Assembly: GCA_021820485.1 (NCBI GenBank)
Contig: JAKADO010000006.1
Coordinates: forward strand, 1,926 to 65,925
DNA: 64,000 bases
Reading direction: 5' to 3'
DNA from: Bacillota bacterium
GTDB lineage: Bacteria > Bacillota > Sulfobacillia > Sulfobacillales > Sulfobacillaceae
The notes below the pieces were generated by a model. It was given only the letters and a program-made list of their open reading frames with translations. It searched no databases and was not told where the DNA came from. This document shows positions 28,322 to 38,303 of this stretch, piece after piece (position 1 is the stretch's first letter; each line of letters begins with the position of its first letter). The position numbers were made by a program, and so were the translations under genes.

Positions 28322-29644
28322 TCAGCGCTCGCGGTCCGCGTAAGCCAGCGCATCTTTGAGAACGGCAAGCCCTCGCGCCAGTTCCTCATCCGAAATCACG
28401 AGCGGCATCAATGTGCGGATGACATTGGAGTCCATGCCGGCCCGCATCAGAATCAGCCCATGTTGATAGGCGTATTGCGCCACCAACGTGCCAATGCGCT
28501 GCGAGCCCCGTCGCGATGCTCGATCCTCGACCAGTTCCAACGCGCACATCGCGCCCAAACCCCGCACGTTCCCGACGATCTCGTAGTCCCGGGCGAAGCG
28601 TTCAAACGCCTCACGCACCACCGCACCGATCACCTGAGCTCTCACCAACAATTCGGGATGGCGCTCAAACGCATCCATCACCGCGAGGGCCGCCGCCAAC
28701 GCCAAGGGATTGCCGCCGTACGTTCCCCCCAGACCCCCGACCGGAGCGGCGTCCATAATGTCGGAACGGCCGACCACGGCCGCCAACGGCATGCCCGCCG
28801 CCAGCGACTTGGCCAAGGTCATGAGATCCGGGACGACCTGGGCGTGCTCCACAGCAAACAGCTTTCCGGTTCGGCCGAACCCCGACTGAATCTCGTCGGC
28901 GATGAGAAGAATGTCGTGTTCCTGCGTGATTTCCCGGAGTCTCGGAAGGAAGTCAGGCGGCGGAACCAAAAACCCACCCTCGCCGGCTACTGGCTCCACA
29001 ATGACCGCCGCGACCTGTTCTGCGGGAACTTCCGTCTCGAATAGGTGGTAGAGGCGCTCAGCCGCCATACGGCCGAAGTCTGGCCGATGTCCCAAGGGAT
29101 CGCGATAGGCATAGGGATATGGGATGTGATAGACTTCGGGCGCCATCGGCCCGAATCCTGCACGATAGGGCCTAGCCTTGCCGGTCAGGGTCATGGTCAA
29201 GAGCGTTCGGCCGTGGAACCCATGACTGAACGCCACAATGGACGAACGCCCGGTATAGGTGCGTGCAATCTTCACCGCATTCTCGACGGCCTCAGCTCCC
29301 GAGTTGATGAAGAACGCCTTTTTCGGCTCGTCGCCGGGAGTAATGGACACCAGCCGCTCCGCCGCCTCGACGTAGAGATCGTACGGCAAGACATTGATTG
29401 AGGTGTGGACAAATCGGTTAAGCTGCGCCTGGATCGCTTCCACAACGGCTTCGGGGCGATGCCCCAGGTTCTGTACCCCGATGCCTCCCGCAAAATCAAT
29501 GTATTCGTTGCCATCGACGTCCCACACGCGCGCTCCTTCGGCGCGGTCGACATACACTGGTGTCGCCGTGCTCAATCCGCGCGGGATGACCCGCTGATGC
29601 CGTTCTCCTAAAGCCTGAGATTTAGGCCCTGGAATCGCCGCCAT
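28322..29644 (-). CDS. gabT: 4-aminobutyrate/5-aminovalerate aminotransferase (class III PLP)
   Basis: DFAGGIGV, SGAEAVENAVK, DEIQSGFGRTG, AKSLAAG (PLP Lys). Confidence 0.88.
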   Translation of the reverse strand: MAAIPGPKSQALGERHQRVIPRGLSTATPVYVDRAEGARVWDVDGNEYIDFAGGIGVQNLGHRPEAVVEAIQAQLNRFVHTSINVLPYDLYVEAAERLVSITPGDEPKKAFFINSGAEAVENAVKIARTYTGRSSIVAFSHGFHGRTLLTMTLTGKARPYRAGFGPMAPEVYHIPYPYAYRDPLGHRPDFGRMAAERLYHLFETEVPAEQVAAVIVEPVAGEGGFLVPPPDFLPRLREITQEHDILLIADEIQSGFGRTGKLFAVEHAQVVPDLMTLAKSLAAGMPLAAVVGRSDIMDAAPVGGLGGTYGGNPLALAAALAVMDAFERHPELLVRAQVIGAVVREAFERFARDYEIVGNVRGLGAMCALELVEDRASRRGSQRIGTLVAQYAYQHGLILMRAGMDSNVIRTLMPLVISDEELARGLAVLKDALAYADRER

Positions 29645-29662
29645 ACTGAATCACTCCCCTAG

Positions 29663-30523
29663 TCATGTTTTCTGTCTGATTGAAGTCGACCGGGGATCTG
29701 GAACCCCCACTTGCCACGATACGATGTCGCCATCCGAATGCTGATCCGGCCCCTGTAGGTGAATACGGCGCTCATCGAGATATCGATAACGGCTCCGACT
29801 TTCGGCGATGAGGCCAAGATCGAGGGTAACCGTCACGGCTCCCTCGTCCTCGCCCAATGCCGCCATGATCTCCCCATAGGGATTGGCCGCCATGCTCTCG
29901 CCCACGTAGCGCTCGCGGCCAGCCACCCCCACCCGGTTAGCCATGACGACATACACCTGATTTTCCTGCGCCCGGGCCTGAATGGCCCTCCGATGAACAG
30001 GACCGTAGGGCGCCATATTGCCATTGGTCAGCAACAAGACATCCAGTCCCAAAGCAGCCGTAGCTCGCGCCGTTTCCGGAAACTCGACGTCATAACAGAT
30101 CAAGAGGCCAAACCGAGTGCCTCCCCAGTTGCGCGCACGCACCGCATCCCCGGCGGCGATCCGCCTCGCCTCATCCTGCCAACGGTGCATCTTGCGGTAC
30201 CACAATCGGAGCCCGTCAGGGCCGACCCACACCGAGGTGTTGTAGATGCGATCGCCATCGCGCTCCAGCAACCCGCCCACGATGGTGGTGTGGAACTCGG
30301 AGGCAATTTCAGAAAGCACCTTCACGGTTTCTCCGTCCAGTGGCTCGGCCATCGCTTGCGTTGCGTCTGGAGGATTAAATCCCGTCACAGAAGCTTCGGG
30401 GAAGAGAATGATGTCGCTCGATGCGCCGTAATCCCGGGCGACGCCCCGCATGCGGTGAAGATTGCGATCGGGCCGACCGTCTTCTACGACCATTTGAGCC
30501 AGGGTGATTGTGACCGCATCCAT
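29663..30523 (-). CDS. Carbon-nitrogen hydrolase (nitrilase superfamily amidase)
   Basis: Catalytic triad in FPEA, YRKMH and ICYDVEFPE; ARAQENQ. Confidence 0.88.
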   Translation of the reverse strand: MDAVTITLAQMVVEDGRPDRNLHRMRGVARDYGASSDIILFPEASVTGFNPPDATQAMAEPLDGETVKVLSEIASEFHTTIVGGLLERDGDRIYNTSVWVGPDGLRLWYRKMHRWQDEARRIAAGDAVRARNWGGTRFGLLICYDVEFPETARATAALGLDVLLLTNGNMAPYGPVHRRAIQARAQENQVYVVMANRVGVAGRERYVGESMAANPYGEIMAALGEDEGAVTVTLDLGLIAESRSRYRYLDERRIHLQGPDQHSDGDIVSWQVGVPDPRSTSIRQKT

Positions 30524-30544
30524 TCATACCCCTCCTCTCCGCGG

Positions 30545-31957
30545 CTATTCGTCTGCGACAATGCTGCCCACGCGCTGGGCCAGGTCAGGCACCTGGTGAC
30601 GCCGGATGATCGCATAAATCGCGCCCACGACCAGCCAGCCCAACACGATGGGTGGGAAGAGGTTGAACGGGGCGGGCTGATTGGGCTGCACCAGCCCCCA
30701 CAGCGGCAGGATGAGAAAGAGGCAGCCCAGCACAGGCACGATGAGGTGCTTCCAAATTGAGAAATCGCCGCGGTGGTGCCTCAGAAAGTACACCGGCACG
30801 GCAATGTTGAGCACCAAATACACCACAGCAATCGGGATGGTCCCTAAAGTTCCCAGCAAACCGGCCACCGTCAAGGGGCCCCCGTGCGATCCCCAAATCA
30901 GGGTCAGCACGAACGCCGCACCCAAGTACAGGAGGAGCGCGCCGGACGGCGTGGAGTGTTTAGTGACCCGGCCCAGTACCGTCGGCAACAGGCCCTCCCG
31001 GCCTGCACTGAAAATCATGCGGCTCTGGGCGTTGGTCGCGCCAATCAAGGACGCGAATGTTGAGGTAAGGCCCGCCAAGTAGACCAAGATGGAAACGGGT
31101 CCCAAAGCCCGGCTGGCGGCGGTCACGAACGGCACCGAAGCACCCGAAATGGCCGCGACATTGTTATGAAATGATACGGACGTTGTCCATGCCATCAACA
31201 GGTAGACCACCGTCACGAAGATGGTGGCGATGTAAATGGCGCGGGGGACCGCACGCCGGGCGTCGCGTGTCTCCTCCACCATCGCCCCCGGGTTCCCGAC
31301 GCCAATGAACATGAAGACGGCAAGCGGGAACGCCAATCCAATCCCTGAGAGGCCATTCTTCAAATGAGCGGGATTTAAGCTGGCGAAATTCAGATGACCT
31401 CCATTGGTGATGACAATGGCAATCATGCCGATTAAAATCAGCAGCATTTCAAATCCAAATGTCACGACCGCCCAGCGGGTGGAAATGCGAACCCCGCGGT
31501 ACACGAGCCACCCGACAAACAGCACAAACACCAAGCAAATCAGTTGCCAGGGGATGTTCACATGCAAAAACTGTTGGAACATGGAGGAGGTCCAGCCGCC
31601 GATGACGGCCATGACATACCCCACCGCCACAATATAGCCAAAGGCCAATGCCCAGGCCGTCATCACCCCCGGAATGGGTCCGAAGGTTTTGCCAATGTAG
31701 GAAATGTAGGACCCCGTGCTGGGCGTTACTTTCGTAAACTCCACCAAACTGTTGATCTTCAGCAGGACGGCGATGGCCGCAACCACGATGGCCAGGGGAC
31801 TGGCCACACCCGCGGCGGCGGCAATCGCAGCAAACGAAAAGAAAAAGCTCATTGCCGGCGCCGTGTTGGCAAGCGATGCGGCCAGCACATCGGATGTCCC
31901 CAGCGCATTCTTCATCAGTCGAGGCGGCTGTGCATGACTTGAACGTGTCTCTATCAT
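30545..31957 (-). CDS. APC-family amino acid/polyamine permease
   Basis: About 12 TM segments; GSYISYI, EETRDARRAVP, SRMIFSAGREG; start moved to ATG 31957 after GGAGG. Confidence 0.88.
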   Translation of the reverse strand: MIETRSSHAQPPRLMKNALGTSDVLAASLANTAPAMSFFFSFAAIAAAAGVASPLAIVVAAIAVLLKINSLVEFTKVTPSTGSYISYIGKTFGPIPGVMTAWALAFGYIVAVGYVMAVIGGWTSSMFQQFLHVNIPWQLICLVFVLFVGWLVYRGVRISTRWAVVTFGFEMLLILIGMIAIVITNGGHLNFASLNPAHLKNGLSGIGLAFPLAVFMFIGVGNPGAMVEETRDARRAVPRAIYIATIFVTVVYLLMAWTTSVSFHNNVAAISGASVPFVTAASRALGPVSILVYLAGLTSTFASLIGATNAQSRMIFSAGREGLLPTVLGRVTKHSTPSGALLLYLGAAFVLTLIWGSHGGPLTVAGLLGTLGTIPIAVVYLVLNIAVPVYFLRHHRGDFSIWKHLIVPVLGCLFLILPLWGLVQPNQPAPFNLFPPIVLGWLVVGAIYAIIRRHQVPDLAQRVGSIVADE

Positions 31958-32160
31958 CCTGAAGCCTCCATTTCTCTGTTTTCGAAGCGGCATAAGAATC
32001 AAAATTTCCTATGATGTCTGATTACTTAAAGCATCTCGATATTCGCCGCAGCACTGCGAAAATCCTTGAACGAGTTGCACAGACGATCTTCAGATGGTTG
32101 TGCATCATGCCCTATCAGATGACTCGACAGATCCCCGCATCGGACAAAGGGATATCTCGT

Positions 32161-33945
32161 ATGGCGTCGAATACTGTCAAAAAGGATGTTTACGGAGCAT
32201 TAATGGATACGCATTCCTTCACTTCTATGCTGCGGCGTGCCCATCTGCCCGTGATGGCAGCGCTGCAAGGAGTCCTTATCCTATGGATGGTGCACCATGG
32301 CTTTCGCACTTGGGGCGGCCATTATATCGGAATCGCGGGTGACTCCTCCATCTATCTCTGGTTCCTATCCTGGTGGGGATGGGCGCTTAGCCATGGCCAC
32401 AGTCTGGCGTATACCCGTTTGGTCACCTATCCATGGGGAAACAACGTCCTCTGGGATACCGGCGTACCGCTTGTCTTCGCCCCCTTAAGCTTGGCCATGC
32501 ACGCCCGGTTGATGTCGTTGAGCCTGGCGTACAATCTCGCCGATTTCGGCGGATGGTGGTTTAGCTCCATAGCAGCCTATTGGAGCTATTACCGCATCAC
32601 CCGCCGGCGCGTGGCGAGCGCGCTCGGGTCTTTCCTGCTCTTGTCATCCGCGTACTTCACCAACCAATCCCTCGGACACGTCGATCTGATGTGGGTCGGG
32701 TTCGCCTTCATCCTGTTTGCAGCAGTGTTCGACTATGTCCAGAGGGAACGCCCCGCGCACTGGCTCCTCTGGCGATTTGTGGCGCTTTCCTTATGCCTGT
32801 GGCTCACCAATGAAGAGTACTTCGTCACCACGCAGATGATGATCGCCTTTGGACTGTTATTTTGGATACGCTGGGCATTTCGGCGGGGCCAATGGAACGG
32901 AAAGCGTATTCTGGGGATACTCCGTGGATACGGCGCCAGTCTTGTCGCGACAGGCCTAGCCTTGGCCCCAGAGGTGTGGTGGCAGCTCCGTACGCCCGCA
33001 CAGCCCTTTCGCCCGTTTACGTATTTCAATCTCTATCAGGTCAACTTGGCCAATCTCTTCGTTCCTATCCACACTTGGTGGCACTATGGGCGCGGGGTCT
33101 TGCTAACCGGCAACACCATGGAGCAGGATGGATTTCTCGGGGTAATTTTCCTATCAGGGCTTGTCGTCTTTGGGATTGTCACGCGAAGGACCCGTCGTCT
33201 CGAACAGTCGGCTTTGACGGCCTGGATTGTGTGGTTTTTCATCCTGGCCATGGGGGATTTTCTGCTATGGACTGCCAAGGCCAACACGCACATCCCTTTG
33301 CCCGGAGTGCTCTTCGTCTTCATCCCCATCTTGCGCAGCATCGTGCTCGGGCGATTTATGTGGGGCGTCTTTTGGGGATTAGGTCTCTTAGCCAGCTTAT
33401 ACTTTCGCCAACTCGCATCCCGCAGGCTGAAGGCTCTCTTTGTCTTCTGGATCGGAGCCGTGTTGGCCAGTTGGTGGCCCGGCCCCTACCCCGTCTCCCG
33501 AACCGAGCCCAACACCTGGATTTCCGCGGCCGTCAGAGGCCGCGAGATTTCACCGGGAGAAGTCCTGCTGGAGTTTCCCTTCGACATTGCCTTCAATCCG
33601 AAAAACAACGTGCTTGAGACCCAAATTGCCAACCATTTCACCTATCGTCTAGCGGAAGGGTATCTCACCACCAACGATGCCAACATGGCTCATTTTGACG
33701 CTTTGATCACCTATTGGGTAGCCATCCAGGACTACGGTCCCCACGCGGCCGCGACACGATATTACCAAAGCCAACTGAAGAGCCCCGGGGCGGCGTTTCG
33801 CCACTTTCTCCGAACGACCCACCCCGGCCTGGTTGTCCTGACCTCTATGCCCCATGAAGCGGCCATGAAAGCTTGGCTCGACTCCCAACTCGGACCGCCC
33901 AGCGGGGAGCAATCAAAGACGTTTTGGTGGAGTCTAAAACGCTGA
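32161..33945 (+). CDS. Polytopic membrane protein, putative GT-C-fold glycosyltransferase/flippase-associated
   Basis: GDSSIYLWFLSWW, YPWGNNVLWDT, about 12 TM segments and a soluble C-terminal domain; start uncertain (32011, 32161 or 32203). Confidence 0.55.
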   Translation: MASNTVKKDVYGALMDTHSFTSMLRRAHLPVMAALQGVLILWMVHHGFRTWGGHYIGIAGDSSIYLWFLSWWGWALSHGHSLAYTRLVTYPWGNNVLWDTGVPLVFAPLSLAMHARLMSLSLAYNLADFGGWWFSSIAAYWSYYRITRRRVASALGSFLLLSSAYFTNQSLGHVDLMWVGFAFILFAAVFDYVQRERPAHWLLWRFVALSLCLWLTNEEYFVTTQMMIAFGLLFWIRWAFRRGQWNGKRILGILRGYGASLVATGLALAPEVWWQLRTPAQPFRPFTYFNLYQVNLANLFVPIHTWWHYGRGVLLTGNTMEQDGFLGVIFLSGLVVFGIVTRRTRRLEQSALTAWIVWFFILAMGDFLLWTAKANTHIPLPGVLFVFIPILRSIVLGRFMWGVFWGLGLLASLYFRQLASRRLKALFVFWIGAVLASWWPGPYPVSRTEPNTWISAAVRGREISPGEVLLEFPFDIAFNPKNNVLETQIANHFTYRLAEGYLTTNDANMAHFDALITYWVAIQDYGPHAAATRYYQSQLKSPGAAFRHFLRTTHPGLVVLTSMPHEAAMKAWLDSQLGPPSGEQSKTFWWSLKR

Positions 33946-34418
33946 AGTTCCGACACAAAGTCGCGCCCCAGGGCGTTTGATCGCTAGAAGAGATATGCGA
34001 TAAGGCAAGAAGCCAAGCCCGGTCTTGTAACGGATGCCAAGGGCGAGCCACGCAACTCGCATTAATTGCCCTGGCGTCGTGGTTGTTAGGGTTGCGTATT
34101 GGCGCATCTCAGATTCTCGATCCTGTCCCTCGATTATGGACGCTCCCACGCTGCTGCCCTCCGGTTCACCCGGACGTCGCTCGAATGCGAAGCGACGGCG
34201 CCATAAGAGTCTTCAGGTCTCGGACAGCTTTCAGGTCGGCCCCGGGCGCCGACCTGCGGCGGAACTAAGGTCCCTGATGCCGACAAACCGTGGGAGAATG
34301 AATCAGCAGCCGGGCGCTTGCCGCTTGGTGCCCCGCCCGAAATTTCTGTACGATGGTTTTGAGAACCCAATGTATTGCTTCTAATCCCAGCAACGCCGTT
34401 ATGAAAGAGGGTTTAGTC

Positions 34419-35264
34419 ATGCAGTTTTATGATGAGACAATCGGCTCCGGGAGTCCCGTGGTGTTTTTTCCCGGCGCTGGATGGGTGGGCCGTGCAGGAT
34501 TGAACATCGGCGAGGCCCTTAAAAGCAACTACCAATTTTTCATGGTCGATCTTCCCGGCTATGGGCGGAGCGAGGGGATTGCGCCACCCGTTTCAGAGCA
34601 GACCATCGCGGACTGGGTTGCGTCCTACTTGGACTCCCGCAACCTTTCGCGGGTGCATGTGGTCGGGCACTCTCTGGGCGGTTATGTTGCGCTGGTTTTT
34701 GCTTATCATTACCCATCCCGGGTATCCTCACTGACATTGTTGGATATGGGCCACGAACGGCTGCCACGCTTGCAGAGCCAGCCGGGGGCGTTTGGCTACG
34801 TGGTCCCCGTCATATCCGCATTGGAACACATGGTGGGCATCCAACGCCTGGCTCAATGGCTAGGCCGCCTCGACGATCCCCAAGATCACGTCGACACACT
34901 GGAGCAACGCATGAAGGCCTGTCGGCAGAAGGGCTGGTACACCTTCGAGAACGACGACTACCTCCGAGAAGCGTTATGTGATGAACCGGTATTAGCGACT
35001 GAGGGGCTCGCGCTCCTCCTCGCGCTGTATCGGGCTCACACGCCCCGACTCTTGGCCCGAGTTTCGATACCCACACTGCTGGTCTATAGCACCAAACCGT
35101 CACGGCCCTCAAGGGTGCAACGCAAGACGGAACAATCGGTGCGCTGGGTCATGCGTCGCAATCCGCATATAAAAACGATTGGGGTCCATGGTGGCCATTA
35201 CGTCCATTGGGTCGATGCATCTGTGGCAGGATCTGTGGCCAACCATATCCATTCGGCTTCATGA
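34419..35264 (+). CDS. Alpha/beta hydrolase
   Basis: PVVFFPG, VDLPGYGRS, GHSLGG, GGHYVH; start moved to ATG 34419. Confidence 0.85.
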   Translation: MQFYDETIGSGSPVVFFPGAGWVGRAGLNIGEALKSNYQFFMVDLPGYGRSEGIAPPVSEQTIADWVASYLDSRNLSRVHVVGHSLGGYVALVFAYHYPSRVSSLTLLDMGHERLPRLQSQPGAFGYVVPVISALEHMVGIQRLAQWLGRLDDPQDHVDTLEQRMKACRQKGWYTFENDDYLREALCDEPVLATEGLALLLALYRAHTPRLLARVSIPTLLVYSTKPSRPSRVQRKTEQSVRWVMRRNPHIKTIGVHGGHYVHWVDASVAGSVANHIHSAS

Positions 35265-35365
35265 GGCGCACCCTCGCCCCCGCTGGCCTCCCTCGATTCT
35301 TCTCCTGGTTGCGCCCGAAACAAAGAAGGGGGATCCCCCCTGCATCGCTCCCACGATGGAAGGAG

Positions 35366-35815
35366 CTAGTTCCTACCCCAGTCTGTGATTTCTATCCCGA
35401 AGTTATTGCCAACCAGCATGACTCGCCCGTGTCCAACCTGAAGTCCATTGATTTTCACGGCGACTGGCTGCTGCCAGTCGTGATTGAGGACAAACTGCGT
35501 GCCAATTCCCCAGTTCAAGAGCGCTTTCACGGGAACGCTTTTGCCCCCCAAACTGACTTGCATGGTAACGGGAAGATGCATCGTGCGCTTGAGCCGAGGA
35601 TCCTCTGCCAAAGCCTGACGATGCTGCTCAGGTGTGGACGCGGAGCGTTCCGCCTCCGCCGATTGCTCGACCGATCCGGCAGTCTCCATCGTCTCGCCCG
35701 ACGTCTGCTCCACCGGCAACGCTTCGTTTCCCGGGCTGTCCAGCGCGTCGTTTGACAATGCCGCCAGCAACGCGTCAATCTCTTCCTGGGACAACGGGCG
35801 ATTGGCGTCCGCCAT
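35366..35815 (-). CDS. FliN/FliM-C (SpoA) domain protein carrying an N-terminal CheY-binding peptide
   Basis: LSQEEIDALL at the N-terminus, acidic linker, then LPVTMQVSLG...VKINGLQVGHGRVMLVGNNFGIEIT. Confidence 0.8.
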   Translation of the reverse strand: MADANRPLSQEEIDALLAALSNDALDSPGNEALPVEQTSGETMETAGSVEQSAEAERSASTPEQHRQALAEDPRLKRTMHLPVTMQVSLGGKSVPVKALLNWGIGTQFVLNHDWQQPVAVKINGLQVGHGRVMLVGNNFGIEITDWGRN

Positions 35816-35869
35816 TTTACTTCACCCCCTGGTCCATTGGCCCAAGCCTTGGATTCATTGTAAAGTATC

Positions 35870-36682
35870 TCACGGACCCGTGTACACTTTGGTGGCCAAC
35901 GCGGGGCGCGCTTCCCGATTTTTCCGGAAGATGGAGGGCGACGCGACCTCGAACCCCATCTCAACGTACTCCAAAAAGGTCTCGGTGGCTCCCAAAAAGA
36001 GCAATCCTCCCACACGAAGCGCGCTGTTCAACTTGCGCAGAACCTCGGCGCGCACGTCACCCTTGAAATAGATAATGAGGTTGCGGCAGATGACCACGTC
36101 AAAGGCCCCGGGAGGAGCATCTGCCACCAAATCATGACGCTGGTAGGTAATCCGCCCGCCTCCCAGAGGCGCCAACACCCACTGGTTCCCTTGGGGGCGA
36201 AGGTACTTGCGATACAATTCGGGGATCCGCTCGTAGTCCGCCTGCGAATACACCCCTTGCCGCGCGGTCTCCAACACAACCTCATCGCTGTCGGTGGCCA
36301 CGATCTCGTACCGGCGGCCCATTTCCTCCAACAGCAAGGCCGCAGAGACCGGTTCTGCCCCCCATGAGCATCCGGCTGACCAGATCCTAAAATCGCGCGT
36401 GGGAATGTCCCGAATGACGTCGCGGAAGCGCGTCCAATAGGGCCGATCGCGAAAAAACTCCGTTACGTGGATGGTGAGGTAGGTATGAAAGCGCCGATAG
36501 AGAAGCGAATCGCGGCGAATCGCCGCGAGGAACTCTTCCACAGTCGAATAGCCTTCACGGGTAATAAAGCTGTTCAACCGGCGTTCCAGTTGCGGACGCT
36601 TGTAGGCTCCAACATTAAAGCCAAGGCGCTCCAACGTCTCGACAATGGACCGCCAATTCGGTTCGTCATACGGCGCGTTCAT
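35870..36682 (-). CDS. cheR: Chemotaxis methyltransferase CheR
   Basis: YKRPQLERR, TIHVTEFFRD, IWSAGCS.G.EP, ICRNLIIYF; start at 36682 overlaps the cheB stop (ATGA). Confidence 0.92.
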   Translation of the reverse strand: MNAPYDEPNWRSIVETLERLGFNVGAYKRPQLERRLNSFITREGYSTVEEFLAAIRRDSLLYRRFHTYLTIHVTEFFRDRPYWTRFRDVIRDIPTRDFRIWSAGCSWGAEPVSAALLLEEMGRRYEIVATDSDEVVLETARQGVYSQADYERIPELYRKYLRPQGNQWVLAPLGGGRITYQRHDLVADAPPGAFDVVICRNLIIYFKGDVRAEVLRKLNSALRVGGLLFLGATETFLEYVEMGFEVASPSIFRKNREARPALATKVYTGP

Positions 36683-37713
36683 CGCATCACCCCTTGCACC
36701 CATGCCGCAATCTCGGCCAGCGGCCAGACCGCATCCGCCGCACCAACCCCAGCCGCCGCTCCGGGCATTCCCCAAACCAGAGCGCTGTCCGGCGACTCCA
36801 CCACCACTGTGGCTCCCTGCTGGTGGGCCTTGAGCGACCCCTCCGCTCCATCTTCGCCCATGCCGGTCAAAATCAGCACACCGAGGTTGCCGCCAAAGAC
36901 CTTGACCGCATCCAACAATGTCACGTCCACTGAAGGAATAACGCCATGGCGGCGCTCGCCCGCCTCACACCAGCAACTGGAAGCCGAAACCCGGAGGTGC
37001 TTGCCTCCGGCCGCCACCACGATGGGCGCTCCACTTAGCGCAACAGGCGTCCCATCCGGCGGCGCCTCAACAACCGGACTGCCGAGCAAGTCTCCTAGGC
37101 GCTCCGCAAAGGAACGCGTAAAACCCCCCGGCATGTGCTGGACGATTAAGATGGGAATCTGCGGCGTGCCCTCTAGGGTCTCAAACAAATAAGAGAGCGC
37201 CTTGGGCCCTCCCGTGGATGCTCCGATGACGAGCGCTCGAAGTCCGCGTGACCGAAGGTCAGGCGCAGTGCGTGACGCAGGCGCCAGCTTCGGCCGCGAT
37301 GGGACGCGGGGATGAAACCGGGCCATCAATTGGTCTACCATGTCGTCGAGGGTCCGGTCCACGTCTGGCTTGGCCAGAAAGTCGTCGGCGCCCGCATCAA
37401 TGGCGCCCCAAGTGGCACGCACGCCCTGCTCCGTATGTGCCGACATCATGAAGATGGTGCCTGTCCACGTCTTTCGCAGTTCCCGGACAGCCGCCATCCC
37501 GCCCATGCCCGGCATGATGACGTCCATCATCACCAAATCCGGATTAATCAGCGGAACTTGACTCAAAGCCTCCTCGCCCGAGGCCAAGCTCGCTACCACG
37601 CGCCAGCCCCGGGCCGTAAGCCGGGTGCGCAGCTGATAGCGAAAAAACGTCGAGTCATCCACAATGGCGACGCGGACGTGTTCGCCGTCTCGACTGTCTC
37701 TCAAGTTGTCCAT
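36679..37713 (-). CDS. cheB: Chemotaxis response regulator methylesterase CheB
   Basis: Receiver (IVDDS, MDVIMP) plus GASTGGP, VQHMP and TGMGEDG catalytic S/H/D. Confidence 0.92.
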   Translation of the reverse strand: MDNLRDSRDGEHVRVAIVDDSTFFRYQLRTRLTARGWRVVASLASGEEALSQVPLINPDLVMMDVIMPGMGGMAAVRELRKTWTGTIFMMSAHTEQGVRATWGAIDAGADDFLAKPDVDRTLDDMVDQLMARFHPRVPSRPKLAPASRTAPDLRSRGLRALVIGASTGGPKALSYLFETLEGTPQIPILIVQHMPGGFTRSFAERLGDLLGSPVVEAPPDGTPVALSGAPIVVAAGGKHLRVSASSCWCEAGERRHGVIPSVDVTLLDAVKVFGGNLGVLILTGMGEDGAEGSLKAHQQGATVVVESPDSALVWGMPGAAAGVGAADAVWPLAEIAAWVQGVMR

Positions 37714-37734
37714 TTTGCCCTCTTCCCGTAACTA

Positions 37735-38286
37735 TCAGCGCGTAAAGGACGGCACCACAACTATCTCGGCGGACACCGCCTCATCAGTGACTCGAAACAT
37801 GGCTTCCGTCATCAGCACTGTCGTTCCTGGGGAAATTTCCTGAGTGAGCTCCTCTGCCGTCGTAACCAACAACCGAGGCGTGGTAGGCTCCCATACCGCG
37901 TGAAATATGTCGGAAAACACATTCAGGAAGGCTGTCCCGACGACGTTTCCGACCTCCGCCATGGCGGACTCGCCCATGCTGTCGAGAGGCAATTCCACCG
38001 GTTCTCCAATCAGCGCGGAAGCCAGCCGTTGACTGTCCTCATCAGAAAACACCAGCAAAATATGTGCTTGAAAAAGTCCCACAGCTTGCAAATGAACCGC
38101 ATACAGCGGATTGGTAAAGATGCGCTTCAGCCGTTCCGCCATGGTGCTCCAACTGACCACGGTCACGTCGCTTTCCGTGACGGCAAAATCCAACCCGCTA
38201 AATTGCTTAAGAGCAAGTCCCGCTTTCGATAAAGCGGGTACTGACGCCTTTTGCCAAATAGCCAAGATCTCCTGAGCTTCCAACAT
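37735..38286 (-). CDS. cheC: CheC/CheX-family CheY-P phosphatase
   Basis: One intact S-x3-E-x2-N-x22-P motif (SAMAEVGN...P); the N-terminal site is degenerate. Confidence 0.75.
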   Translation of the reverse strand: MLEAQEILAIWQKASVPALSKAGLALKQFSGLDFAVTESDVTVVSWSTMAERLKRIFTNPLYAVHLQAVGLFQAHILLVFSDEDSQRLASALIGEPVELPLDSMGESAMAEVGNVVGTAFLNVFSDIFHAVWEPTTPRLLVTTAEELTQEISPGTTVLMTEAMFRVTDEAVSAEIVVVPSFTR

Positions 38287-38303
38287 AGTCCTCCTCTACA
38301 TTT

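Noticed and set aside
33934-34149. 57-71-aa minus-strand ORF between the GT-C-like gene and the hydrolase
   Set aside because: Weak RBS, no family signal, and overlaps the upstream gene's end; insufficient support
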